This document shows, piece by piece, positions 49,384 through 58,111 of a stretch of DNA of 64,000 nt (position 1 is the first letter of the stretch; every line of letters begins with the position of its first letter). The notes under the pieces are model-generated. The model made no database searches and was not told the DNA's origin. It worked only from the letters and a program-made list of their open reading frames with translations. The DNA lies in IMG/VR virus record IMGVR_UViG_3300027754_000042; one strand, written 5' to 3'. The position numbers and the translations under genes are program-made. Source of the stretch: a virus.

Positions 49384-49590
49384 ATGAGCGTAGCAACAAA
49401 CCCCAACCGCCGTCAAGCCCTTCGCGAAGCAACCCAAGATGCTATTGCTCAGTTCATGCAGAACGGCGGCTATGTGACCCGTTGCGAGACTTCTACTGCT
49501 AAGGTCAAGACGTTTCGCCACTTTGCTTCCATTGCCTCGCAAGGCCGCAAATTGACCACCCTCCGCAATGCCGGCTTTGCTTCTCGCTAA
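49384..49590 (+). CDS. Small early hypothetical protein
   Basis: Follows the early promoter; MSVATNPNRR... Confidence 0.65.
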   Translation: MSVATNPNRRQALREATQDAIAQFMQNGGYVTRCETSTAKVKTFRHFASIASQGRKLTTLRNAGFASR

Positions 49591-49605
49591 TTGAAAGGTT
49601 CAACC

Positions 49606-49953
49606 ATGTTCTCCATTCGCAAGCTCGACCTCTACCTTGCCGCTATCCGCGCTGATTATGCCGCTTTCAAGTTCCGCGGCGAACATGCCAACTCTCCTTG
49701 GACCGCTGAGATGGTTGATGAATTCAACCGTACCCTGACCTACGAGATTGGTAGCCGTTATGTGAAGGTCGTCAAATACGCCGGCACACCCAACGCCTCT
49801 GTCCACTCCTTCATTTGCATGAACGATATGGGCAAATTCTGCAAGGGCGATATCCTGAAGGCCGCAAGCTGGAAGGCTCCCGCTAGGAATCATGCTCGCG
49901 GCAATGTAGTGCTCCGCGATTACCCCACCGTCCAATGGACCGGCATCATCTGA
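49606..49953 (+). CDS. Conserved early hypothetical protein
   Basis: GAAAGG RBS; G.RYVKVV, SVHSFI and KGDILKAASWKAPA..HARGNV motif seen in T4-like phages. Confidence 0.75.
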   Translation: MFSIRKLDLYLAAIRADYAAFKFRGEHANSPWTAEMVDEFNRTLTYEIGSRYVKVVKYAGTPNASVHSFICMNDMGKFCKGDILKAASWKAPARNHARGNVVLRDYPTVQWTGII

Positions 49954-49967
49954 GAAAGGTTTACACC

Positions 49968-50240
49968 ATGAGAAAAGTCCTTCGCAAGACCGTCCGCGCT
50001 TCTACCCTCACCGAGATTGCTAACCGTCTGTTGGCTTCGCCCTCGTCCACGCGGGATGAGCGGGTCGGTGTTATCGTTCTCTTGGAGTCTTCACTTCTCA
50101 CCGACGACGCCTACCGTGGCTATAACTACCTTGATGCCGAGCAGATTGGCTTTGAAGGTGTGCAGCCCGGCATTCGGCCCGAGCGTGGCGTTACCAACCA
50201 GTTTGCCGACACCGACAACACCCGCCGTGTTTACCTCTGA
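49968..50240 (+). CDS. Small early hypothetical protein
   Basis: GAAAGG RBS before ATG 49968. Confidence 0.65.
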   Translation: MRKVLRKTVRASTLTEIANRLLASPSSTRDERVGVIVLLESSLLTDDAYRGYNYLDAEQIGFEGVQPGIRPERGVTNQFADTDNTRRVYL

Positions 50241-50250
50241 GGAGAATCCT

Positions 50251-50430
50251 ATGACCCAGTTGGAACACAAAATGAACGAGGGTATTGATGCTCTCATCAA
50301 GCAACTCGAAGCCGCTAAAGATGGGCAGGGTTTCAAGTCTAAGGCGTGGGCTGTGGAGAAAGTGGCTGAGGAAGCCAAGAACTACGCCGACTATTGGAAC
50401 TACAAACTGGACGATTGGGCTTCCGACTGA
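50251..50430 (+). CDS. Small early hypothetical protein
   Basis: GAGGAG RBS before ATG 50251. Confidence 0.65.
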   Translation: MTQLEHKMNEGIDALIKQLEAAKDGQGFKSKAWAVEKVAEEAKNYADYWNYKLDDWASD

Positions 50431-50441
50431 GGAGAATTGAG

Positions 50442-50639
50442 ATGGACTTTTCTTACGCCGAAATAATGGATCAGATCCGCATGGCTGAAATGACCGGTGA
50501 TGTTGACGCCGAAGAATATTGGCATGAAATGCTGGAATGTGTCATGCAAATTGACGCGATTAACGAAGGCGATGATTATGAGGATGATGGTCAGCCATCC
50601 GAGATGCAAGAATGGCAAGATTATGACCGAGATTGCTAG
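50442..50639 (+). CDS. Small, very acidic early protein
   Basis: GAGGAG RBS; DGQPSEMQEWQDYDRDC C-terminus. Confidence 0.7.
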   Translation: MDFSYAEIMDQIRMAEMTGDVDAEEYWHEMLECVMQIDAINEGDDYEDDGQPSEMQEWQDYDRDC

Positions 50640-50668
50640 TTGACAAACCGCGCGCCATGTGGTACTAT
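50640..50668 (+). promoter_or_regulatory. Early sigma70 promoter
   Basis: TTGACA-17-TACTAT with TGn extension. Confidence 0.8.
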
Positions 50669-50692
50669 ACATAATGAATTGAGGAGAAGGTA

Positions 50693-52990
50693 ATGGCTGA
50701 GAAACTGGTATCGCCTGGCGCGCTTGACAAGTTGGCTAAACTGCTTGCGGCTGAGAACATTGCTGTGGAACATGCACCCGTGGTCACCGCGTCTTTTGAT
50801 GTTAAGAACCGCGTCCTACGTCTGCCTATGTGGCAGGAAATGACCGAAAGCTTGTACCATCTGCTGGTGCTTCACGAGGTCGGTCATGCACTGGAAACTC
50901 CGTGCGATGGCTGGAAAGGTGCTATTGACGCCGTTGAGGAATCAGACGGCCGCCGTGTGTCGCGCACATTCCAAGGCTATTTGAATGTTGTTGAGGACGC
51001 GCGGATTGAGCGTAAGATTAAGGCTAAGTTCCCCGGCTCGCGCCGTGATTTTCACGATGGCTACAAGTGGCTTTTTGAGTCGGACTTTTTCAATGTGAAG
51101 TCTACCAATCCCGATGAACTGTCAACCATTGACCGTATCAACCTTTACTTCAAGGTTGGTTCTCATATGCAGGTGCCGTTCTCGGATGAAGAACAGGTGT
51201 TTGTAAAGCGGGCTGAGGACATCCACACATGGGATGAGGCCGTCCAGCTTGCTAATGATCTCCTTGCTTTTGCCAAAGAAAAGGCGGAGCAGGAAGAGGA
51301 AGACCTGGATGAAGAAAAGCGTGACGTTTCTACCCGCACCCTTGATGATGATGACGGCGAGGAAGGTGACGATTGGGAAGATGGTGAAGATGGCGATGAA
51401 GGGTTAAAAGGCGAGTCCGATCAAGATGAAGTCGGCGATGGTAATGATGAGGACAAACCGAAGCCCTCGCGCCGTAAGTCTGGTGGTCAGATAGAAGAGG
51501 CTACCACTGATAAGGCTCTGTCTGATAAGATGCAGGATTTGGTTGATCCTACTATGCTCGGCAGGGAACTCCGTTATGTGGTGCTGCCGAAGGATATCAA
51601 TTCGGATAACTTCATTGTGAAGTATGGCGATATCCTGAAGTATGCTCAGCATGATATCAACCTCGGCAAGGTGGCCGATTATCAAGCTTTTGCCAATCGT
51701 GTGTTCTCCAAGTTCCGCAGCGACAATAACAATGCCATCAATTATATGGTCAAGGAGTTTGAAATGAAGAAGGCTGCTACGGCCTATTCCCGTAGCAAGC
51801 AATCCAAGACTGGTACCATTGATACGACAAAGATCCATAGCTATAAGTTCAGCGAGGATATCTTCCGTCGTCTCACGGTACTGCCGACCGGCAAGAACCA
51901 CGGGCTTGTCGTCTATCTCGACCTATCTGGTTCCATGTCTGGTCATATCCGCGGTGCGGTTGAACAGATGATTACCCTGGCTACTTTTTGTCGCCGTGCT
52001 AACATCCCACACCGTATCTATGGTTTCTCGACCAGCCTGGCTGGTGCAGGTTACAATCATCCTGCTACTCTGAAATACCACGATATGCGGTCTAAAATCA
52101 ATACGGAATGGCGTAACATTGACAATCGTGTTGACAAGCATTTCGTATACCCTAACACGGAACTGTCACTGCTGGAATTGTTTCACGAGGGCATGAACCT
52201 GCGTGATTTTAATTTCATGTGTTCCACATTGCTTATTTCAGGTATGATCCAGAACTATACCACATGCGATCTGGTTCCTGCTGGCTATAATAATGTGAAG
52301 CATTATGTCCGTGATGTTATCTTCAATAAATTCCGTGACCCGTTTGAGTTCCTCAGCCTTGGATCGACCCCGTTCAATGATTCCTTGATGCTTGGTCGCG
52401 ATATCATTACCAAGTTCACGAAGGAGAAGAACCTCGAGATTGTGAACATGGTAACTATCACTGACGGCGAGTCCGATCATCCATCATATATTCTGCACAA
52501 GCAGAATGGGCAACGTGGTAATTTGGCTGGTTCTAGTATCATCCACAATAACCGCACCTCGTTCCTGACCGACGAGCATAGCAGGCGCCAAATTCGTTTG
52601 AATTTTGAGCATAACCATCAATATACCTCAATGTATGCTAAACTCATCCGTGACACGATGAAGGTCAATCTTGTTGGCTTCTACATTACCAACAGTGCCC
52701 GTGACGTTACCAGCGGCGCCCAGATGGCTGGGTCAAACTGGTATGATGCTGACCTGATGGCTAAGTCTTTCCGTTCTAATCAGTACGCAATTGTGCCTGG
52801 CTTGTATGGTCACAATGAGTTCTATTATATCAAGGGCGGCAAAGACTTGCGTACCGAGAGTTCTGGCATGGGTGATATTGCTGCGGATTCTTCGAAGGGT
52901 AAACTGAAAACCGCGTTTGCCAACGCACAATCCAAGCGCGGTACGTCCCGTGTTGTGTTGGCTAAGTTTATCGACAAGATCGCCGTATAA
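50693..52990 (+). CDS. CobT-like protein: HEXXH metallopeptidase-like N-domain, acidic linker, vWA domain
   Basis: LHEVGHAL, NVVEDARIE, D/E-rich linker, MIDAS DLSGSM, TP, ITDGE. Confidence 0.85.
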   Translation: MAEKLVSPGALDKLAKLLAAENIAVEHAPVVTASFDVKNRVLRLPMWQEMTESLYHLLVLHEVGHALETPCDGWKGAIDAVEESDGRRVSRTFQGYLNVVEDARIERKIKAKFPGSRRDFHDGYKWLFESDFFNVKSTNPDELSTIDRINLYFKVGSHMQVPFSDEEQVFVKRAEDIHTWDEAVQLANDLLAFAKEKAEQEEEDLDEEKRDVSTRTLDDDDGEEGDDWEDGEDGDEGLKGESDQDEVGDGNDEDKPKPSRRKSGGQIEEATTDKALSDKMQDLVDPTMLGRELRYVVLPKDINSDNFIVKYGDILKYAQHDINLGKVADYQAFANRVFSKFRSDNNNAINYMVKEFEMKKAATAYSRSKQSKTGTIDTTKIHSYKFSEDIFRRLTVLPTGKNHGLVVYLDLSGSMSGHIRGAVEQMITLATFCRRANIPHRIYGFSTSLAGAGYNHPATLKYHDMRSKINTEWRNIDNRVDKHFVYPNTELSLLELFHEGMNLRDFNFMCSTLLISGMIQNYTTCDLVPAGYNNVKHYVRDVIFNKFRDPFEFLSLGSTPFNDSLMLGRDIITKFTKEKNLEIVNMVTITDGESDHPSYILHKQNGQRGNLAGSSIIHNNRTSFLTDEHSRRQIRLNFEHNHQYTSMYAKLIRDTMKVNLVGFYITNSARDVTSGAQMAGSNWYDADLMAKSFRSNQYAIVPGLYGHNEFYYIKGGKDLRTESSGMGDIAADSSKGKLKTAFANAQSKRGTSRVVLAKFIDKIAV

Positions 52991-53011
52991 ATACAAAGCA
53001 AAAATGAGGGG

Positions 53012-53040
53012 TTGACAAATCCCTCATTACCAACTACAAT
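53012..53040 (+). promoter_or_regulatory. Sigma70 promoter with the -35 box inside an inverted repeat
   Basis: TTGACA-17-TACAAT; aatgaggg/ccctcatt flank the -35. Confidence 0.72.
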
Positions 53041-53068
53041 GGTAACATGATGACAAAAGGAGATGGCT

Positions 53069-53221
53069 ATGTTTAAAGTATCATATACTCTCAAGGATGA
53101 AAACAAGCTTCTGTCGGACGAGACGGCCAAGTTTCGTTACCTACAGGATGCTTTCGATTTCATGCGTCGTTTGTTGGCTTCTACTGGACTTGTTGGTAAA
53201 CCCACCATCGAGCGGCTTTGA
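53069..53221 (+). CDS. 50 aa hypothetical protein (not in the ORF track)
   Basis: AGGAG RBS; MFKVSYTLKDENKLLSDETAKFRYLQDAFDFMRRLLASTGLVGKPTIERL; has its own promoter. Confidence 0.7.
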   Translation: MFKVSYTLKDENKLLSDETAKFRYLQDAFDFMRRLLASTGLVGKPTIERL

Positions 53222-53224
53222 CCA

Positions 53225-53254
53225 TTGACAATCCGACCTAATCCGTGCTATAAT
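53225..53254 (+). promoter_or_regulatory. Early sigma70 promoter
   Basis: TTGACA-18-TATAAT with TGn extension. Confidence 0.78.
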
Positions 53255-53285
53255 ACTTATATGATGATGAAAAGAGGGCGATGAA

Positions 53286-54488
53286 ATGAATACCAATCAG
53301 TCCAAGTTCCTTGAGAAAGCCATCAGCAAGTTCGGTACTGACGCAGTGGTAGCTCGTTCTGAGCTTTGCGATTTTGCTTTGGCAAGCAATTTCAAGCGGG
53401 GTTCTTATCGTTGGATTTTTAAAGACGAGTATCGTGCTAGCCATGGCAAGTACAAGCTGCCTGCCGTCTCTGGCGCTGCTAGTGTTGATACTACGTCCAT
53501 TGCTGCTATGGCGGCCGATATCGTTCCCATTCGCAAGGCTCAGCCAGTGGTTACCACTACCAAGTTCGATCCTAACGCCGTGTCGGAGCATGATTATGCT
53601 GCGGTGCCCGAGAAGGACAAGAACTATGTGCCTTTTGGCGAGTTCAAGATGATCGAAAAAATCATTGCGTCTGGCAAGTTTTTCCCTGTGTTTATTTCTG
53701 GGCATTCTGGCAACGGCAAGACTTTCATGGTTGAGCAGGCTTGCAGCAAAGCCAAACGAGCCATGATCCGTGTGCAGATGTCGCGTGAGACCGACGAGGA
53801 CGATCTGATCGGTGGTTTCCGTCTTATCAATGGCGAGACCAAGTTCATGAAAGGCCCGGTACTTCGTGCGATGGAAATCGGTGCTTTGCTTCTGATTGAC
53901 GAGGCCGACCGTGCTGATCCTGGCAAGGCTATGTGCCTCCAGGGTATCCTCGAGGGCAAGTCTTACTATGTGAAGAAGACTGGTGAGATTGTAAAGCCAG
54001 CCGATGGCTTTAATATCATGGTCACTGCAAACACCAAGGGCCGTGGCTCTGAGGATGGGCGTTATGTTGCTGCGACCATGCTTGACGATGCTTGGCTTGA
54101 GCGTTTCCCGATCACGGTCGAGCAGGAATATCCTACTGTCCAGATCGAAAAGAAGATCCTCGTCAACTATCTTGGCAAAGATTTGCCCGAGGCTGATGTT
54201 TCGTTCATCGACCATCTGACCGTCTGGTCTGAAATCATCCGCAAGACCTTTGCTGATGGTGCCATTGATGAACTCATTTCCACTCGCCGTCTGGTGCATA
54301 TCGCACAGACGTTCCTGATGCTCGGTGACCGCATGAAGGCCATCAAGTTCTGCATTAACCGTTTCGATGAAGAGACCAAGACCGCGTTCCTTGATCTCTA
54401 TAGCAAGGTTGATCCTACGATCAATCCCATCCCCGCCACTCCGGCAGTTGATGCTGCCTCGGAGAAGTCTCAGGAAATTTCTTTCTGA
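53286..54488 (+). CDS. CobS/MoxR-like AAA+ ATPase
   Basis: GHSGNGKT, ETDEDDLIGGF, LLIDEAD, ANTKGRG, FPIT.EQ.YP, ISTRRL. Confidence 0.9.
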   Translation: MNTNQSKFLEKAISKFGTDAVVARSELCDFALASNFKRGSYRWIFKDEYRASHGKYKLPAVSGAASVDTTSIAAMAADIVPIRKAQPVVTTTKFDPNAVSEHDYAAVPEKDKNYVPFGEFKMIEKIIASGKFFPVFISGHSGNGKTFMVEQACSKAKRAMIRVQMSRETDEDDLIGGFRLINGETKFMKGPVLRAMEIGALLLIDEADRADPGKAMCLQGILEGKSYYVKKTGEIVKPADGFNIMVTANTKGRGSEDGRYVAATMLDDAWLERFPITVEQEYPTVQIEKKILVNYLGKDLPEADVSFIDHLTVWSEIIRKTFADGAIDELISTRRLVHIAQTFLMLGDRMKAIKFCINRFDEETKTAFLDLYSKVDPTINPIPATPAVDAASEKSQEISF

Positions 54489-54519
54489 GATTAATATAAC
54501 CTAAATTATGGAGAAATAT

Positions 54520-54726
54520 ATGTCACAGTTGTCCTTGATTGAAAAGCACCTTCGTCGTAACAACACCGGTCCTGGTGTCACTGTCGCTAAGCTTTCTAAG
54601 CTCACTGGCATTTCTAAGGAAGGTATCTATAAGCGTGTTAGTGACCTTCGCGAAGCGCACACAATCTACAGCAACTACCGCAAGGTAAATGGCGAGCGCA
54701 AGCTTTACTATCGCATCGCTGCCTAA
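54520..54726 (+). CDS. Small HTH / winged-helix DNA-binding protein
   Basis: TVAKLSKLTGISKEGIYKRVSDLR pattern; GGAG RBS favours ATG 54520. Confidence 0.65.
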   Translation: MSQLSLIEKHLRRNNTGPGVTVAKLSKLTGISKEGIYKRVSDLREAHTIYSNYRKVNGERKLYYRIAA

Positions 54727-54736
54727 TTTATGCTAT

Positions 54737-54768
54737 ATAGGGTGGGGAGCATTCCTCACCCTATTTTT
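54737..54768 (+). terminator. Rho-independent terminator
   Basis: atagggtgggga-gcat-tcctcaccctat followed by tttt. Confidence 0.8.
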
Positions 54769-54782
54769 AATGGAGTCTAAAA

Positions 54783-55019
54783 TTGAATAACGATGAAATT
54801 CCCTACGCCCATCTTCGTGGTCTGAGTGTTACAGTTCGGAACAATGATATCAATGGTGCATTGCGCGTCCTGAAGAAGAAAATTCAAGCTGATGGTATAA
54901 TGCGAGACCTTTCTGAGCGCGAACATTACACGAAGCCTTCCATGCAACGCCGTCTGAATAAAATTCAGGCTATTCGCCGTTGGAAAAAGAAGCAGCAGGA
55001 AGCTGCTGAACAGCTTTGA
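54783..55019 (+). CDS. rpsU: Ribosomal protein bS21, phage-encoded
   Basis: VTVRNNDINGALRVLKKK...GIMRDL..REHY.KPS..RR....AIRR is the S21 signature; GGAG RBS with TTG start. Confidence 0.9.
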   Translation: MNNDEIPYAHLRGLSVTVRNNDINGALRVLKKKIQADGIMRDLSEREHYTKPSMQRRLNKIQAIRRWKKKQQEAAEQL

Positions 55020-55060
55020 ATTTCCATATATATTATTGCAATTTTTAACATGGAGTCGTT

Positions 55061-55918
55061 ATGTCCGCACTAGAAGTTTCTGTAACAATTGAAGAACTAC
55101 GCAAGCGTAAGATTTTAGTAGCCACACCTATGTACGGCGGTATGTGTGGTGGTACATATACAAAGTCAACTGCCGATCTTGCGTCCATGGCAGCACAGTA
55201 TGGCATGGATGTTCGCTTCTATTATCTCTTCAATGAATCCCTAATTACTCGTGCGCGAAATTACCTCGTGGACGAATTTCTGCGTTCTGATTGTACTCAC
55301 TTGATGTTCATCGACGCCGACATTGGTTTTGATCCGAATGATGTTATTGCATTGTCGGTCATTGCGGAAGCTGGCAGTGATAAGGAAATCGTATGTGGTC
55401 CGTATCCCAAGAAATGTATTGCTTGGGAAAAGATCAAGCGCGCGGTCGACCGTGGCTTCGCTGACAAGGATCCAGAGAACCTCGAGAAGTATGTTGGCGA
55501 TTATGTTTTCAATCCTAAGGAAGGATCTGGATCCATTGCTCTCGATCAACCAGTAGAGGTGCTTGAAGGTGGCACTGGCTTTATGATGATCCAGCGTTCT
55601 GCGTTGGAAAAGTTTGCAGCCGCTTACCCACAATACACATATCTGCCTGACCATGTGCGTACCGCACACTTTGATGGTACCCGCGAAATCATGCAGTTCT
55701 TCCAGGCTGAGATTGATCCTAAGTCTAAGCGGTACCTATCAGAAGATTATTGGTTCTGCCAGAAGATGTGGGACATCAATGTGAAGACATGGCTTTGCCC
55801 ATGGATGAAGCTTCAGCACATGGGTTCATATGTGTTTGCTGGTTCTCTTATTGATCTGGCTCAGATCGGCGCTGGTGCTACCGCTGACGTAGGTGAATTA
55901 GCTCCTCGTAAAAAGTAA
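55061..55918 (+). CDS. Glycosyltransferase-like (GT-A) protein
   Basis: VATPMYGG, NESLITRARN, HLMFIDADI (DxD), GTGFMMI, YLSEDYWFC. Confidence 0.7.
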   Translation: MSALEVSVTIEELRKRKILVATPMYGGMCGGTYTKSTADLASMAAQYGMDVRFYYLFNESLITRARNYLVDEFLRSDCTHLMFIDADIGFDPNDVIALSVIAEAGSDKEIVCGPYPKKCIAWEKIKRAVDRGFADKDPENLEKYVGDYVFNPKEGSGSIALDQPVEVLEGGTGFMMIQRSALEKFAAAYPQYTYLPDHVRTAHFDGTREIMQFFQAEIDPKSKRYLSEDYWFCQKMWDINVKTWLCPWMKLQHMGSYVFAGSLIDLAQIGAGATADVGELAPRKK

Positions 55919-55919
55919 C

Positions 55920-55948
55920 TTGACATTCGCATTCACACCTGCTATTAT
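55920..55948 (+). promoter_or_regulatory. Sigma70 promoter for gp45
   Basis: TTGACA-17-TATTAT with TGn extension. Confidence 0.8.
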
Positions 55949-55974
55949 GATTATCTTGAGTGAAGGAATATACC

Positions 55975-56646
55975 ATGAAAATCTCTAAGACCACAATCGA
56001 CGTACTAAAGAATTTTGCGACAATCAATCCCAGCATGTTGTTTTCTGCTGGCTCAGAATTGAAGACGGTCTCACCACAAAAGACCGTCTTCGCAAAGGTA
56101 AAGATCGAAGATACAATCGACACTGAATTTGGTGTCTTCGATTTGTCTCAGTTCATTAATGTTTTGAGTGACTACGAAAATCCCGATATCTCTGTCAATA
56201 ACACGTTCATCTCCATCACAAATGGAACTGGCGATATCTCAGATATCGTTCGTGCAAAGGCAGAGCTTCTTCCCAGTCTTCCTACCAAGGAAGTTACTCT
56301 ACCTTCGGTCGATGTAGCTTTTGTTCTGGAAGCAGCGAAGCTTCAAAGAGCATTGCGTCAAGCTTCGCTTCTCGTTCTGCCAGAAATTGCTCTTGTTGGT
56401 GAACATGGTAACGCATACTTCTGCGCTATTGATTCGCGCAGCGATTCCACGAATCGTTTCAAGAGCCCTGTAGGCAAGGCTGAGAAGAGTTATAAGATGA
56501 TCTTCAAGGTTGATAACCTTAAGGTCATGGGTGGTAAGGACTATGATGTGAAGGTATCTTCAAAGGGTATCGCATACTTTGCATCCACTGATGGCATCTG
56601 TCATTACTGGGTCGCAACGGAATCTGGTTCGTCTTTTGATGCCTAA
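55975..56646 (+). CDS. gp45: Sliding clamp gp45
   Basis: MKIS..TI.VLKNFATINPS, FGVFDLSQF, FKVDNLK, YWVATE. Confidence 0.93.
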   Translation: MKISKTTIDVLKNFATINPSMLFSAGSELKTVSPQKTVFAKVKIEDTIDTEFGVFDLSQFINVLSDYENPDISVNNTFISITNGTGDISDIVRAKAELLPSLPTKEVTLPSVDVAFVLEAAKLQRALRQASLLVLPEIALVGEHGNAYFCAIDSRSDSTNRFKSPVGKAEKSYKMIFKVDNLKVMGGKDYDVKVSSKGIAYFASTDGICHYWVATESGSSFDA

Positions 56647-56650
56647 TCGG

Positions 56651-56673
56651 TGGGGGCGAAAGCCCCCATCTTT
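56651..56673 (+). terminator. Rho-independent terminator
   Basis: tgggggc-gaaa-gccccca followed by tcttt. Confidence 0.75.
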
Positions 56674-56690
56674 CGTTATGGATATGTGAA

Positions 56691-57149
56691 ATGACACAAG
56701 ATAGCAAGCAGTCTAAGCTCGGCCGCGCGGGCGAGAGTATTGTGTTGAATTGGTATAGTGAACAGGGTATGAAGGTTAAGGCATCTATTGACCAATATGA
56801 TAGCTACAAAGATGCTTTGATAGATGGTAAGTGGGCAGAAGTCAAGACACAGGTTCCATTCGTCTACCGAGATTCATTTACCATAAAGCCAAATCAGTTA
56901 CGCAAATGCCAAAATGTTTGTCGATTGATTTTCGTTTCTGTACCAAACTCAAAAGAAAAACACTATAGCGCAGGAAAAGTGTATTGCATTTTTCCAGAAG
57001 ATGGGTTACAATACAATAAGTATACCACCAAAGATGGGCGTGAAATGATACTCATTCCGATCAAGCAAGATGGTATGCGTGAAATTTTTGAAATGACCGA
57101 AGAGGAACAGAAGATCCTTCAGCGATATTCTGTGTCTTCTTGGAACTGA
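56691..57149 (+). CDS. Hypothetical protein, possible PD-(D/E)XK nuclease fold
   Basis: LG..GE..V, D..KDALIDG...EVKT pattern. Confidence 0.5.
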   Translation: MTQDSKQSKLGRAGESIVLNWYSEQGMKVKASIDQYDSYKDALIDGKWAEVKTQVPFVYRDSFTIKPNQLRKCQNVCRLIFVSVPNSKEKHYSAGKVYCIFPEDGLQYNKYTTKDGREMILIPIKQDGMREIFEMTEEEQKILQRYSVSSWN

Positions 57150-57159
57150 TGGAGCCAAC

Positions 57160-58101
57160 ATGCGTGAAGAATTTCTCTGGGTAGAAAAGTATCGGCCGCA
57201 TAAGATTGCCGATTGCATTCTACCTGATGACCTGAAGCAAACATTCCAACAATTCGTAAACGACGGCAGCATTCCTAATCTGTTGCTTGCTGGCACTGCT
57301 GGTGTCGGTAAGACAACGGTCGCTCGTGCTATGCTTGACGAGATCAATGCTGACTATTTAATTATCAATGGGTCAATGAATGGTAACATTGACACACTGC
57401 GAAATGAAATTCGCAACTATGCAGGTACCGTATCATTTGGTGGAGGTCGTAAGTATGTTATCTTGGATGAGGCGGATTACCTCAACGCTAGTTCCACACA
57501 GCCCGCACTCAGAAACTTCATGGAGGAGTTCTCAAGTAACTGTGGATTTATTCTCACCTGCAATTTCAAGAACCGAATTATCCAACCACTACATTCTCGG
57601 TGCGCTGTTGTAGACTTTAAGATCCAGAAGAAGCAACTTGGTGGTCTTGCTGTTGAGTTTATGAAGCGAGCCATTTGGATCCTTGAGGCTGAGAATGTTG
57701 AGTATGATAAAGGTGCAGTCGCAGAGGTAATCAAGAAGCATCTGCCCGATTGGCGGCGTGTACTCAATGAGTTCCAGAGGTATGCTGCGCGTGGTAAGAT
57801 TGACACTGGTATCCTTGCGTCGGTCGATAATACCAATATCAGCGAACTTGTCAAGTGTTTGAAGAACCGCGAGTTTGAGAACATGCGAAAGTGGATTGGC
57901 ACTAACTCTAGCGCGGACGTGAATACTCTATTCCGTTCTCTGTATGATACCGCTTATGATATCCTAGATCAGAATTCTGTACCGCAGTTGATCCTCATTC
58001 TTGCGGACTATCAGTACAAAGCTGCTTTTGTTGTTGACCAAGAAATCAACCTTGCTGCATGTATGACGCAGATTATGATTGATTGTGAGTTCAAGTCATA
58101 G
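57160..58101 (+). CDS. gp44: Clamp loader large subunit gp44
   Basis: LWVEKYRP, GTAGVGKTT, ILDEAD, LHSRC. Confidence 0.96.
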   Translation: MREEFLWVEKYRPHKIADCILPDDLKQTFQQFVNDGSIPNLLLAGTAGVGKTTVARAMLDEINADYLIINGSMNGNIDTLRNEIRNYAGTVSFGGGRKYVILDEADYLNASSTQPALRNFMEEFSSNCGFILTCNFKNRIIQPLHSRCAVVDFKIQKKQLGGLAVEFMKRAIWILEAENVEYDKGAVAEVIKKHLPDWRRVLNEFQRYAARGKIDTGILASVDNTNISELVKCLKNREFENMRKWIGTNSSADVNTLFRSLYDTAYDILDQNSVPQLILILADYQYKAAFVVDQEINLAACMTQIMIDCEFKS

Positions 58102-58111
58102 GACAAATACG

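Noticed and set aside
53238-54299. 353 aa minus-strand ORF
   Set aside because: Antisense shadow of the AAA+ ATPase gene in a GC-richer, codon-biased region; no motifs or RBS.
50693-54488. Cobalamin biosynthesis (cobS/cobT) auxiliary genes
   Set aside because: No cobN or other cob genes; the motifs only support a generic MoxR AAA+/vWA pair.
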